A DNA stretch of 64,000 bases from Thermoplasmatales archaeon. Its GTDB lineage: Archaea > Thermoplasmatota > Thermoplasmata > Thermoplasmatales > Thermoplasmataceae. Below are positions 40,011-50,429 of the stretch, piece by piece. The notes below the pieces were generated by a model that had not been told where the DNA came from, did not search any database, and saw only the letters and a list, made by a program, of their open reading frames with translations. The DNA is taken from NCBI GenBank assembly GCA_027310185.1, contig DAIDBH010000010.1, positions 19,137 to 83,136 on the forward strand, read 5' to 3'. How positions within the stretch are numbered: the stretch's first letter is position 1; each line of letters starts with the position of its first letter. A program made the translations under genes and the position numbers.

Positions 40011-40748
40011 TCAGGCATTTCCAAATTTATCAATTTTTTCAATTATTGAGTTCTGAACTCCCCTTGAATCAAACGAAATCATGTATCTGTCAAAGTATTT
40101 TTGGAGAGAAGATAACCCCTTAATAAGGGCACTTCTTGCCTCCTCCAATCTTAACCACGGAGGGATACCAAGTCGATCCGCTCTGATTGCATCCGCCAGA
40201 TCAATGAACCATGGCTCATCATCCAACACAAGTATGTTGAAAGGACTCAGATCTGTATGTATAATCCCTGCTACTGCCAATTGTTCAATTCCGTTCAAGG
40301 TCAGCTTCATGAAATTATCCGGATCTCTGAGTTCAACTCGTTGAAGTAAAGGTGCAGGAGACATTTCTGTTCCAAGATATTGCATGGAAAACATATTTTC
40401 AACTCTCTTAAATGGTTCCGGAACACTCGCACCTCCTTGATACGCGTAATTAAGAAGTTCAAATTCTCTTACGGCTATATTGCTTATTGTGTCCAGCTTT
40501 ATTGTGCTATGATCCCTGTGAGATGTCCTGTATTGACGATATACTTTTACAGAGATGAGATCGTTCCTATCCATGCACAGATAAACATCGGCCTCCTTTC
40601 CAGAGCCCAATAGTTTCCCTACTCTTGTCGCGAGTCCACTGTCAATTATTGCTTCTGTCACATCGCTGTATGATGGCTCCTCGAAGCTGATCTTGCCATT
40701 CTTTATCTTCCATTTTGTACTTTTGTCTAGATATTCCCTATTAGGCAT
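40011..40748 (-). CDS. RIO-family Ser/Thr kinase
   Basis: GSGKEADVY, VKVYR, IHTDLSPFNIL, FID; SD-like GGAGG upstream. Confidence 0.9.
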   Translation of the reverse strand: MPNREYLDKSTKWKIKNGKISFEEPSYSDVTEAIIDSGLATRVGKLLGSGKEADVYLCMDRNDLISVKVYRQYRTSHRDHSTIKLDTISNIAVREFELLNYAYQGGASVPEPFKRVENMFSMQYLGTEMSPAPLLQRVELRDPDNFMKLTLNGIEQLAVAGIIHTDLSPFNILVLDDEPWFIDLADAIRADRLGIPPWLRLEEARSALIKGLSSLQKYFDRYMISFDSRGVQNSIIEKIDKFGNA

Positions 40749-41109
40749 TTTTCCTCCCTTAAAAAGATGAATAGAACACGTTTTTCATTCCGTAAAGTTA
40801 AAGGAAGCATGTACGCACCATAATGCAACCCAATCTATTGATTTCAAAAACCTGATCTTTTGGAAATCTAAAAATCATTCAACACAAAACCAGGCATCTA
40901 ACTTAACTGAAACGTTACTATAATAAAACATGTCATTCAAACCTCCTGGCTTTTTGCCATATATATATTTCTAAATGTTATTTAATTATTTCCAGGAAAC
41001 ATTGAAAAAATTCAGAATCCTGTCCTAAATGGCCGGTTGTTTCATTTTTGATCTAGTGTCTATGGGGGGTTAATATTTTTCATTCATTGGGAAATAATTT
41101 ATACTTAGA

Positions 41110-41463
41110 ATGTTTTTAAGGATCATGATGTCTGTAACAGTATCAGGAAAGATAGAGCATGGAGATTTGGAAAATATTTTCAGCAGGAATGTTCAGGAAG
41201 TGTCATTCACAAAATTCTATAAATCTGGAAATGTGGAAGCACTAAATATGGCAGGCTCAACCTTTTTCTTCAGAAGTAACGATACAATTGGATTCATCTT
41301 TCTATCTTTCTATGATGGCTCTGAGCAGAAGATAGATTTTGGCAGAGTAGGGGGTGGATCAGGCATTCTTAACATACGATGGGGTGCAGGAAACAAACTT
41401 GAAGAAAATATACTTCAGGAAATTAAACAGGCAGCTGATGGTGCTGGGGTCACAGTAACCTAA
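41110..41463 (+). CDS. Hypothetical protein (DUF6054-like)
   Basis: FFFRSN...VGGGSG...WGA pattern; the true start may be Met7/8. Confidence 0.6.
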   Translation: MFLRIMMSVTVSGKIEHGDLENIFSRNVQEVSFTKFYKSGNVEALNMAGSTFFFRSNDTIGFIFLSFYDGSEQKIDFGRVGGGSGILNIRWGAGNKLEENILQEIKQAADGAGVTVT

Positions 41464-41605
41464 TCTTCCTGGGAAGTTCTGTCAACGAACTTCTCTAGAT
41501 GGCATTGAAAAAATCTCCACGTCATGATCATCTCTGGTGAACTAGAACAGTGAATTCCTTAAACAAGCGGCTCTTTTGAATATTTTGCTAATAAGTCTCT
41601 GATAG

Positions 41606-41620
41606 GTTCAAAATTTGAAC
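41606..41620. promoter_or_regulatory. Palindrome upstream of the ABC operon, candidate operator
   Basis: GTTCAAA-A-TTTGAAC, ~40 nt before ATG 41660. Confidence 0.45.
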
Positions 41621-41659
41621 GCATCTGACAGGTTTTAACTAAGCGCATGATTAAGCTAT

Positions 41660-42511
41660 ATGAACAGGACACTAGCAGTTGCAAGATATCAGGCATTGTT
41701 GGATCTAAAAGCGGTGAAAACATATGTATTGTTAGCTATAGTTGTATTTCTTTCCCTGTCTTATGATTATCTGCTCCCAAAATTTGCTTCTGGTTACTTT
41801 TTTGTTTATGTGAGAACCACATCTGCATGGATGTATACCACTTCAGAAATCTTTACGACTATAATAACCGGACTAATGGCACTATTTGTAGGAGGAATGC
41901 TTGGGACAGATGTCATGGCAGAGGAATTTGAAAATGGTACAATTTCTAAGTTGTTTTCCCTGCCATTACATCGTAGTGAAATCTACCTTGGGAAACTTCT
42001 TGAAAAGTTTTTGCTCTCTTTATTGTATGGGTTGTTATTCATTACCATTTCCATTGCCTGTGCATATATCTTATCAGGCCAGCAGGGTTATTTTGTATGG
42101 TCCCCTGTATTCCTGCTTGGGTTAACACTTCTACTTATTGGATTCGCATCACTAGGATTCCTCCTTGGGACTTTTATCAGGCAAACTTCCTTTGTTTTTG
42201 GGATACTCTTTGGTATATGGGTACTATTCACGGTAGTTTATGGCATTGTTACTCTGAAGGGTGGCACATTGTACGAAACCTTCGCAATTCCATTTGTAAA
42301 TATGTCTCTGATTCCAGCCGCAATCCATGTTTACATAATCGACCCAAATAAAGTACTTCACTTTTCTTATACTGCATTAAACTCCACTACGAAATTAAAT
42401 GTGCAGGCATGGAAATTTGCAGCATTAATCATTTCTTCTGCCTCAATTGAAGTATTTTTCATTTTGTTGGCAGGCTTCATCAAATTCCGTAAAATGGAAT
42501 TGAAGGGATGA
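41660..42511 (+). CDS. ABC-2 type exporter permease
   Basis: AEEFENGTI..LFSLPLHRSEIYLGK signature; 6 TM. Confidence 0.9.
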   Translation: MNRTLAVARYQALLDLKAVKTYVLLAIVVFLSLSYDYLLPKFASGYFFVYVRTTSAWMYTTSEIFTTIITGLMALFVGGMLGTDVMAEEFENGTISKLFSLPLHRSEIYLGKLLEKFLLSLLYGLLFITISIACAYILSGQQGYFVWSPVFLLGLTLLLIGFASLGFLLGTFIRQTSFVFGILFGIWVLFTVVYGIVTLKGGTLYETFAIPFVNMSLIPAAIHVYIIDPNKVLHFSYTALNSTTKLNVQAWKFAALIISSASIEVFFILLAGFIKFRKMELKG

Positions 42512-43455
42512 TGAAAATGGAAGCGTTAACTGTAGAAAATCTGAGTAAAATCTATTCAAACGGGAAAGGAATAAGAGAGGTAAATCTGAATGTTGAAAAG
42601 GGAAAAATACACGCCTTGCTGGGAAACAATGGCGCGGGGAAGAGCACAACCATGAAATGTATTATGGGTATAATATTTCCTGAAAACGGAAGGATAGAAA
42701 TAGATGGTGAAGAACTCATAAACAACAATCCAAAGGTAAAATCCCGAATTGGGTACTCATCAGATATTCCATCTTTTCCCAGAAATTTAACGGGGAAGGA
42801 GTGCATGCAAACTTATGGGTATTTGAAGGGACTGGACAAAGCAGAGATTAAGAATGATACGAACAATTTATTGGAGGAAGTTGATCTACTGGATGTTTCA
42901 GAAATAAAGGTTTCAAAGTACAGTAGAGGCATGATGCAAAGACTTGATCTTGCTGTTGCCATGCTGGGTAACCCAGATTTGCTAATTCTTGATGAACCTA
43001 CAGCAGGTCTGGATCCATCTTCCGCCTCCAAATTAAGATATTTATTAAGAGAATTCGTTTCAGAAGGTAAGACTGTTCTACTCTCAGATCATCAGCTTAC
43101 TGAAGTTGAGAAGTTATGTTCAAATGCGACAATTATAGATGGGGGTCGAACAGTGTTGCAGTCTAAAATGTCTGATCTTCTAAAAAACATGAAAGGGAGC
43201 TTCAAATATGTTGCAGAATTTTCTTTTTTAAACGATGAGATCATCAAGCTCATTGGTAAAATAGAGGGTGTTGTCAGTGTAGACATCGACAAAAATTTAA
43301 GAAATGTCATCTCTATCTATACTGAAAAACAGAATGGATATTTTGATGAAATTACAAGAATTTCTAGAAACACTGGAAGTTCTCTGTATTCATTAACCGA
43401 GGGCAAGATTTCACTGGAGGATATATTTCTATCAATTGTCAACAACGAAAAATAG
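42508..43455 (+). CDS. ABC exporter ATP-binding protein
   Basis: GNNGAGKST, YSRGM, LILDEPT, SDH. Confidence 0.95.
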   Translation: MMKMEALTVENLSKIYSNGKGIREVNLNVEKGKIHALLGNNGAGKSTTMKCIMGIIFPENGRIEIDGEELINNNPKVKSRIGYSSDIPSFPRNLTGKECMQTYGYLKGLDKAEIKNDTNNLLEEVDLLDVSEIKVSKYSRGMMQRLDLAVAMLGNPDLLILDEPTAGLDPSSASKLRYLLREFVSEGKTVLLSDHQLTEVEKLCSNATIIDGGRTVLQSKMSDLLKNMKGSFKYVAEFSFLNDEIIKLIGKIEGVVSVDIDKNLRNVISIYTEKQNGYFDEITRISRNTGSSLYSLTEGKISLEDIFLSIVNNEK

Positions 43456-43582
43456 ATGTCAAACCAAATAAATATTTATGCATCATCTTCGTCATTACAA
43501 GAGGAGAAATAGAACAAAGTTGAACAAGAAATGGGAAACGTGAAAAAAAGGAATGTACTAGGGGAAAGTTAAACGAAGGCTA

Positions 43583-44326
43583 ATGAGGTACAGTAATATG
43601 GATGAAGATGTAGAGGACTCCACTCAAATATTGATGTCCGTGATGCAAATAAATGATCACGTTCTAGGGTTTCAAAATTATGTAATGCGACGGGTTTGGG
43701 GTATACTGTTTGGATTAATTGCAATTCTGGTTTTAGTTGACATTATATTTCTGCCACTAATCAGTTTTTTCATTAGTCCCGGTTATTGGATCAAAGCTCT
43801 AAACCAGGCAGTTCAGATAGGGACTTTCTTCCTGGTGATTTTTTATTGGTTCAGATTATTTGAGAATTTCAAGAGGATAGTTAAATTCAGGGAACGCACT
43901 GCTCAGAATCCTTCCTATCGGAACAGAAACAGAACAAAAGCTTGGAGAAATGTCATCCTCGGGTTATTTCTTCTATCTATTTTTGCAGCAATAGCTGTAA
44001 ATATAATAGATATCCCCTTAAAAGGTGTAATATCTAACATAATCTTCATGCTCGTTTATTTGATCTTTGATATTATACTCCTTCAGGGTCTTCTTAACAC
44101 ATTCGGAAAGGTCCCTTTTGAAGGATATACAGTCTTCTTTTCATATTTAGTTTTAGTAATTTTCAGCATCTTTAGTTCTATTGCAAGCACATATGTTTCT
44201 ACAGTAAAGATACCAGAAATTGTCGCGTATCTAATAGTATGTGTTGTTCTATCAATTCTGCTGCTAAGTTCCTTCAGTTTTATTTATCATGCTCCAGATT
44301 ACTTGGAGGGATTAAATGGGCAGTGA
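43583..44326 (+). CDS. Hypothetical multi-pass membrane protein
   Basis: About 6 hydrophobic segments; overlaps the start of the downstream regulator. Confidence 0.75.
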   Translation: MRYSNMDEDVEDSTQILMSVMQINDHVLGFQNYVMRRVWGILFGLIAILVLVDIIFLPLISFFISPGYWIKALNQAVQIGTFFLVIFYWFRLFENFKRIVKFRERTAQNPSYRNRNRTKAWRNVILGLFLLSIFAAIAVNIIDIPLKGVISNIIFMLVYLIFDIILLQGLLNTFGKVPFEGYTVFFSYLVLVIFSIFSSIASTYVSTVKIPEIVAYLIVCVVLSILLLSSFSFIYHAPDYLEGLNGQ

Positions 44327-44711
44327 ACCTGTTGATCCGGATAGCTTCAGGCGTTTCATTCTCTCTCAACTCGCAGAGGAGATAACCACAACACCTTTCA
44401 AATCTTCCATAAGACTTATTATAATCATGTCTCTTGGTATAGGTAAGAGAATGAGACTTACAGATCTTATGAAACTTACTGGATGTGGGAAGGGGAGCAT
44501 TTCAAACCATATTAACAAACTTGAGAAGTTTGGATTTGTAACTACTCGCGACGTTTCCATATTCACCTCACCACGTATAGTTGTTGAAATAACGAACAAA
44601 GGTGAGGAATTTTATAACAGCTACCTTGATATGCTTGAAAGAATAATAAACGGTTCGAATCAAGTTTCCAGTGATAAGACAAGCACAGACCCGAAATCTG
44701 GAGGCAGTTGA
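44316..44711 (+). CDS. Winged-helix transcriptional regulator (ArsR/MarR, HTH_34-like)
   Basis: RLII..L...DL..LTG..KGSISNHINKLEKFGFV...ITNKG. Confidence 0.88.
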   Translation: MGSEPVDPDSFRRFILSQLAEEITTTPFKSSIRLIIIMSLGIGKRMRLTDLMKLTGCGKGSISNHINKLEKFGFVTTRDVSIFTSPRIVVEITNKGEEFYNSYLDMLERIINGSNQVSSDKTSTDPKSGGS

Positions 44712-44804
44712 AGTTTAGATCAATTCATTCTGCAACATTAGATTTATCATTTCATATCAAGTAGGATGATAATTCAAGGTTTCTTGCTTCATAAAGTAAA
44801 AAAG

Positions 44805-44877
44805 AGCCACTGGAGGGATTTGAACCCCCGACCTGCTGATTACAAATCAGCTGCTCTACCTACTAAGCCACAGTGGC
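44805..44877 (-). tRNA. tRNA-Thr (TGT)
   Basis: GCCACTG/CAGTGGC acceptor stem, anticodon arm GCTGA-TTTGTAA-TCAGC, GGTTCAAATCC T-loop, discriminator U. Confidence 0.96.
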
Positions 44878-45062
44878 GTTAAACTGGTAATCTTTCTTAT
44901 TAGAAATACTTTAAGAAAAATCTGATCACAGTGGTCACCAGTTCAATGCATATTCGCATTGTATTATGTTACAAACACACGAAATCTCCTACGTATAATA
45001 AAAGTAAAGGGAGTAATCGTGAGCCTTAAATAATTATAAATATCAGGAATCAATGATTCAAG

Positions 45063-46895
45063 ATGTCAAGAGAACCTGTTATTGAAAGCATTTTCGAGCT
45101 CTACACTGTAACTGGGAAAACTGTAAGCGGTGATGGAAAATTATTAAGTTACGCGCTAGGCAGGGGATATAAGGAGTTCAAGAAACCTCAGGAAAGCAAA
45201 ATCGTTGTGAAGAATCTTGAGTCTGGATCTGAGGAATTAATCACAGAAACAGGTCATCAACTCTCTCTTCCGCAATTTTCTATGGACGGAAACTATCTGT
45301 CTTATATCTCCAGCACAGATGATAGCTGGAATCTTCACATAAGGAAATTGAAGGAGAAATCTGAAATGGAGTTAAAGTGCCCCGGTTCTCCCATTGACTA
45401 CAGGTGGGGCTTGGAAAATGAGATCATAATGCTTACATTACCTGAGTCAAAGGAAAAGATCGAGAAGGCAGATGATGGGCATTTCTTTGAAGAATCTGAT
45501 GAAAAAAACAGAATATTCATGCTCAGGCTAACAGAGGGTTTCACTGAACTTAAGGATATACCCCAGGTATGGGAGTTCGATTATAAAAGCGGTAAGATTT
45601 ACACAGTTTCATCGGATTCTCCCAGAGAAGGGAGCTGGTTTGAGAATTATCTTGCAGAAATAAATATGAACGGATCATGGAAGAAAATCTACAGACCGGG
45701 CAATGGACAGGTGGCACTACCCTCAATTTCATTCGATGCTTCCAAGCTGAGCTTTGTTGAATCCATATGGAGTGACAGGGGTGTAACAACAGGAGATCTA
45801 ATGCTCCTTGAGACCAGTTCAGGCAAAGTTACAGATCTGACCTCTGATGCAGAAAGAAGCTACAGCGGCTCCAGATGGGATGAGAATGGCAGTCTACTTG
45901 CAATCTGTCAGGAAAAAGAATATTTTATGATTGAGAGATTCTCCAATGGCAGTCAGGAAATATTGTGGAAAAAGCGTGGAAATGTGGGACCTGGAATAGC
46001 CCCTGATTTTATTTATGTCCAGGGAAAGATATTCATAGATTTTTCAGATCAGAGCACTCCACCGGAGATTGCAGTAATTAATGTTGCTGATAGTAAGGAT
46101 CACCAGATCACGTCACACAATGAGAAAATGAAAGACATAAAAAGCTATGAGTGGAAGTCAGTATCCTGGAAATCCACTGATGGTCTTGACATAAACGGTT
46201 TCCTTAGAAACCCAGGAAAAAATTTGCCAACTCTTGTAATTGTTCATGGAGGTCCAACAGGTTCTGTAAAGGAAACATTCCTGGACAGGTATTCATTCCT
46301 TCATCCCGAAGGATACTCTATTTTCATGCCAAATTTCAGAGGAAGTACAGGAAGAGGAAGGAAGTTCGCAGGGCTCAACTACGGTGACATGGGAGGAATG
46401 GATCTGAATGATGTGCTTACAGGCATTCAATTCCTCATTAATGAAGGATATTCTGACAGGAATAAAATAGCTATTACAGGTGGTTCCTACGGTGGGTTCA
46501 TGACGCAGTGGACTATTACACAGTCAGACATATTCAGGTCAGCAATAGCACTTTTTGGAATTTCTGACTGGGTCAGTTTCCATGGTACGACAAACATTCC
46601 CGAGTGGGATGAAATCCAGTACGCCCAGAAAGCCCTTGATTTTGATAAGTTCGTGAAATTCTCACCCATCAGGTACGTAAAAAACATAAAGACCCCGCTT
46701 CTCATAATGCATGGAGAATCCGATCCATGCGTTCCACCCGGCCAGTCATTCCAGTTCTACCGTGCTCTAAAGGAAAACGGAAAGGATGTAAGATTGCTTC
46801 TATTTCCAAGGGAGGGTCATGGCTTCACGGAGAAGGAACATATAGCGCAATCAATGATAGAAACAAAGAATTTTCTGGAAAAAACAATGAATTAA
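45063..46895 (+). CDS. S9 family acylaminoacyl/prolyl oligopeptidase
   Basis: Beta-propeller N-terminus, HGGP, GGSYGG, HGESD, EGH triad. Confidence 0.94.
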   Translation: MSREPVIESIFELYTVTGKTVSGDGKLLSYALGRGYKEFKKPQESKIVVKNLESGSEELITETGHQLSLPQFSMDGNYLSYISSTDDSWNLHIRKLKEKSEMELKCPGSPIDYRWGLENEIIMLTLPESKEKIEKADDGHFFEESDEKNRIFMLRLTEGFTELKDIPQVWEFDYKSGKIYTVSSDSPREGSWFENYLAEINMNGSWKKIYRPGNGQVALPSISFDASKLSFVESIWSDRGVTTGDLMLLETSSGKVTDLTSDAERSYSGSRWDENGSLLAICQEKEYFMIERFSNGSQEILWKKRGNVGPGIAPDFIYVQGKIFIDFSDQSTPPEIAVINVADSKDHQITSHNEKMKDIKSYEWKSVSWKSTDGLDINGFLRNPGKNLPTLVIVHGGPTGSVKETFLDRYSFLHPEGYSIFMPNFRGSTGRGRKFAGLNYGDMGGMDLNDVLTGIQFLINEGYSDRNKIAITGGSYGGFMTQWTITQSDIFRSAIALFGISDWVSFHGTTNIPEWDEIQYAQKALDFDKFVKFSPIRYVKNIKTPLLIMHGESDPCVPPGQSFQFYRALKENGKDVRLLLFPREGHGFTEKEHIAQSMIETKNFLEKTMN

Positions 46896-46981
46896 ACTTA
46901 ATTCAGTACACATTTCCATTTTGATTATTAAATGAAATTAATTTATAGTATAGTTTAAATTCTATAAGTCACTGATATTTT

Positions 46982-47566
46982 ATGGCATCAAGTAATAATA
47001 AAGCCTTCAAATATGGAGGGTTGTTCCTTTTCCTAGGTATAGCCCAGTTTTTCATATTCCTTAATATAGCTGCTTTTGTGGACAAGGGATACAGTATATC
47101 AAACAATACCATAAGCCATCTTGGAATTGATAGTACGCCCTATATTTTTGACATCAGCATTATAGTGCTGGGAATATTTGAGGTGTTATCCGGTATATTT
47201 CTAAAAAATTATTCCAGGGGGGTAACAGTATCTCTTATCCTTTCAGGAATAGGGGCAGCAGGTGTTGGAACATTCAATGAACATTTTGGAGACATCCACC
47301 TAATATTTGCATTATTTGCATTCGTGTTCGCATCAATCGCCTCATTCTTTGTCCTGTCGAAAAAGAGGGATGGAATGGCAATAATATGGGCCATTCTCGG
47401 AGCTTTTGGCCTGATAGCGTTGATTCTCTTTACCCTGACCATAGAAGTCTCCAACAACTATGACCTGGGGCTCGGAGTAGGAGGAATCGAGAGACTGATA
47501 TTAATTCCAAATATAATATGGGCTCTGGCATTTGGTGGGAGTCTTTACTATTCCAGCAAAGACTGA
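46982..47566 (+). CDS. DUF998-like membrane protein
   Basis: GYSISNNTISHLG, GVGTF..IH, GLGVGGIERL. Confidence 0.8.
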   Translation: MASSNNKAFKYGGLFLFLGIAQFFIFLNIAAFVDKGYSISNNTISHLGIDSTPYIFDISIIVLGIFEVLSGIFLKNYSRGVTVSLILSGIGAAGVGTFNEHFGDIHLIFALFAFVFASIASFFVLSKKRDGMAIIWAILGAFGLIALILFTLTIEVSNNYDLGLGVGGIERLILIPNIIWALAFGGSLYYSSKD

Positions 47567-47657
47567 GAAATATGTTCGTAAACCGAATACAGTAATCAAC
47601 GAATCTTACCCTTATTAGGTGAAGAAGAGTTATTAAACTATTTTTCCTTACACAATT

Positions 47658-49331
47658 ATGAGAGAATATAAAGAAATAAGGGCTCCAAGAGGTAAAAAAT
47701 TAAACGCCAGGGGTTGGCAGCAGGAAGCCGCACTTCGTCTACTCATGAATAATCTTGATCCAGAAGTGGCAAAGGACCCTGAAAATCTGATAGTTTATGG
47801 AGGGAAGGGGAAGGCCGCGAGGACATGGAAGGATTTTGATGAAATCGTTGCAATGCTGAAGGAACTGTATAATGATGAAACATTACTTATACAGTCAGGC
47901 AAGCCAGTGGGCGCATTCAAAACAACAAAGGAAGCACCACGTGTCTTAATAGTAAATGCCCAGATAGTACCAAGATGGGCAACAGATGATATATTCTGGG
48001 ACCTTGAAAAAAGGGGTCTTACAATGTTCGGGCAGATGACTGCCGGATCATGGATTTATATTGGGAGCCAGGGCGTTCTTCAGGGCACATATGAAACATT
48101 GCACGCAATGGCAAGGAAGGACTTCAATCAGCCTGATCTCGAGGGAAAATGGGTACTGACAGCTGGTCTCGGAGAGATGGGGGGTGCACAGCCACTGGCA
48201 ATCACGATGAACAACGGTGTGGGAATAGTAGTGGATGTGGATCAGGAGAAGATAGACAGAAGGTTGAAGGGAAAATATTTAGATGTACAGGCGAAGGACC
48301 TTGAGGACGCCCTAAGGATCAAGGATGAATATGTGAAGAATAAGAAACCTGTATCAATTGGCTTACTGGGAAACGCGGCAACAATTTTTGATGAACTTGC
48401 CAGAAAGAAAATAGTCCCGGATGTAGTGACGGATCAGACAGCGGCCCATGATCTCAATTTAGGTTACATACCCGAAGGATATACTGTTGATAGTGCTGCA
48501 AAGTTCAGGGAAGATGATTTCGAGGCATACAGGAAGAAGGTTTATGAATCCATAGTCAAAGAAGTTAGGGCAATCCTGAAGATGAAGGAATATGGTTCTA
48601 AGGTTTTTGATTATGGCAACAATCTGAGAACAAGGGCAAAGGAGGGCGGAGAAAACAGGGCGTTTGAGATACAGGGATATGTGCCTGCCTATATAAGGGA
48701 CCTGTTTGCAGTGGGCTCAGGTCCATTCAGGTGGGTTGCACTCTCCGGCGATCCGGAAGATATTTACAAACTTGACGAGGCAATTTCATATCATCTCGGA
48801 TACAACGATCATCTCGTGAAATGGTTGAAGCTTGCAAGGGAAAAGGTAAAGTTCCAGGGATTACCAGCGAGGATATGTTACGCTGCATATGGAGAAAGAG
48901 AAAAAATCGGACTAATAATGAACGACATGGTAAAGGATGGAGATCTTTCTGCTCCCATTGCAATTGGAAGAGATCATCATGATACAGGATCTGTTGCATC
49001 CCCTTACAGGGAAACGGAAAACATGAAGGATGGTTCTGATGCTATTGCAGACTGGCCAATACTAAATGCTTTACTGAACACAGCTTCGGGAGCTACATGG
49101 GTTTCAGTGCACCATGGCGGAGGTACAGGCATAGGCAACGCAATCCATTCAGGGTTTGTACTTGTTGCTGATGGAACAAAGGAGGCCGAGGAGAAGATTA
49201 AGAGGGTACTTAACGCTGATCCTGGAATTGGAGTTATAAGGCATGCAGATGCAGGGTATGAATCATCAAAGGAACTACTTAGAAAGGGAGTGAAATTTAA
49301 GGTTCCATATTACGGAAAAGAGGAGCAATAA
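47658..49331 (+). CDS. hutU: Urocanate hydratase
   Basis: [45 protein letters not shown]. Confidence 0.97.
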   Translation: MREYKEIRAPRGKKLNARGWQQEAALRLLMNNLDPEVAKDPENLIVYGGKGKAARTWKDFDEIVAMLKELYNDETLLIQSGKPVGAFKTTKEAPRVLIVNAQIVPRWATDDIFWDLEKRGLTMFGQMTAGSWIYIGSQGVLQGTYETLHAMARKDFNQPDLEGKWVLTAGLGEMGGAQPLAITMNNGVGIVVDVDQEKIDRRLKGKYLDVQAKDLEDALRIKDEYVKNKKPVSIGLLGNAATIFDELARKKIVPDVVTDQTAAHDLNLGYIPEGYTVDSAAKFREDDFEAYRKKVYESIVKEVRAILKMKEYGSKVFDYGNNLRTRAKEGGENRAFEIQGYVPAYIRDLFAVGSGPFRWVALSGDPEDIYKLDEAISYHLGYNDHLVKWLKLAREKVKFQGLPARICYAAYGEREKIGLIMNDMVKDGDLSAPIAIGRDHHDTGSVASPYRETENMKDGSDAIADWPILNALLNTASGATWVSVHHGGGTGIGNAIHSGFVLVADGTKEAEEKIKRVLNADPGIGVIRHADAGYESSKELLRKGVKFKVPYYGKEEQ

Positions 49332-49414
49332 GATGAATCTATTTCATTCATCCTGAAGTTAACTTTGTGGAATAATATTTTAAAAAATTTGTGTTAAAAT
49401 CTACACATAAAAAA

Positions 49415-50353
49415 TCATCTATCGGAGGTCAAATAGGTGACCTCGTAATCATTTTCAACATAGTAAGGGTTGAATGAAACTTTTATGTTAGGAGTTCCAC
49501 ATTTCTGACACAAATTATATTTAGCATAACTCCCAGTGCAGTGTGAATTAGATCCTGATATGCTTTCCCCACCACTGTAATAGCAAAGTGTGTTAACTTC
49601 AAATTGGCTGAATGTTGGAACCGACGTTAGTTGCCCATAATGCAGAGGAGTTTCTATAACAGATAGAAAGAATTTTGGGCTAAGAGGCTGATTGATAAAG
49701 TTTCTTGACATGTGGTAACTCTCACCATTTGTTTCATCTGTTATAACTGAACAGAATTTATTGCCATTGAAAGTTAGGTAGATGTAAAGATTTGATCCAG
49801 GAGTTACAGGCTTTTTATCGTTATTTGTGTAGTTGTAGAAACATGCTCCATAACTGGCAGCACAGTAGAAATGTTCTGAAAATAGTTTCACTTGATCACT
49901 ATAAGGATTTACTATGAATCCAGATTGCCACATGTTATCACCTTGATTGTTTGAAGATAGCGCATCCCAACCTGATATACAAGATCTTACACTAGTTTCA
50001 GAGGAAGGAGCGGGTTTGACACAGTTAGGAACATGAACGCATTCAGACACCCAATTTATTTCCTCAGGATGACCAAAAGTGTCCCATGGCATGTTGAAGA
50101 ACCCATATCCTGCCCAATTATTGTCCTTGCAGTTGTTTACGAAAGATAAGTCACGAGAGAATTCCGAAGAAGCCAGTTCAAAACTTCTTACTTTATTATT
50201 TTTAATATGCAGGGTCACTGAATCGTTTCTCAAGGAATTCCCACTTATAGCGAGAGTTGCACCAGACATTGCAATGAATAAAATAACCACTGCAAAGGAT
50301 GCAATCTTTATCACTTTTCCATGTAGAATACTTTTCTTAGAATTGCAATACAC
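49415..50353 (-). CDS. Secreted protein, probable G1 (eqolisin) glutamic peptidase
   Basis: Signal/anchor segment, NNWAGY, NMWQSG (catalytic Gln position), SVIETP (catalytic Glu position); 12 Cys. Confidence 0.65.
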   Translation of the reverse strand: MYCNSKKSILHGKVIKIASFAVVILFIAMSGATLAISGNSLRNDSVTLHIKNNKVRSFELASSEFSRDLSFVNNCKDNNWAGYGFFNMPWDTFGHPEEINWVSECVHVPNCVKPAPSSETSVRSCISGWDALSSNNQGDNMWQSGFIVNPYSDQVKLFSEHFYCAASYGACFYNYTNNDKKPVTPGSNLYIYLTFNGNKFCSVITDETNGESYHMSRNFINQPLSPKFFLSVIETPLHYGQLTSVPTFSQFEVNTLCYYSGGESISGSNSHCTGSYAKYNLCQKCGTPNIKVSFNPYYVENDYEVTYLTSDR

Positions 50354-50429
50354 TAATATTTATAAATATATATTATTAAGTTTTCAAATTAACAAAAGAG
50401 TTAAGTAAGAAATTTATCATGCAAAATTA

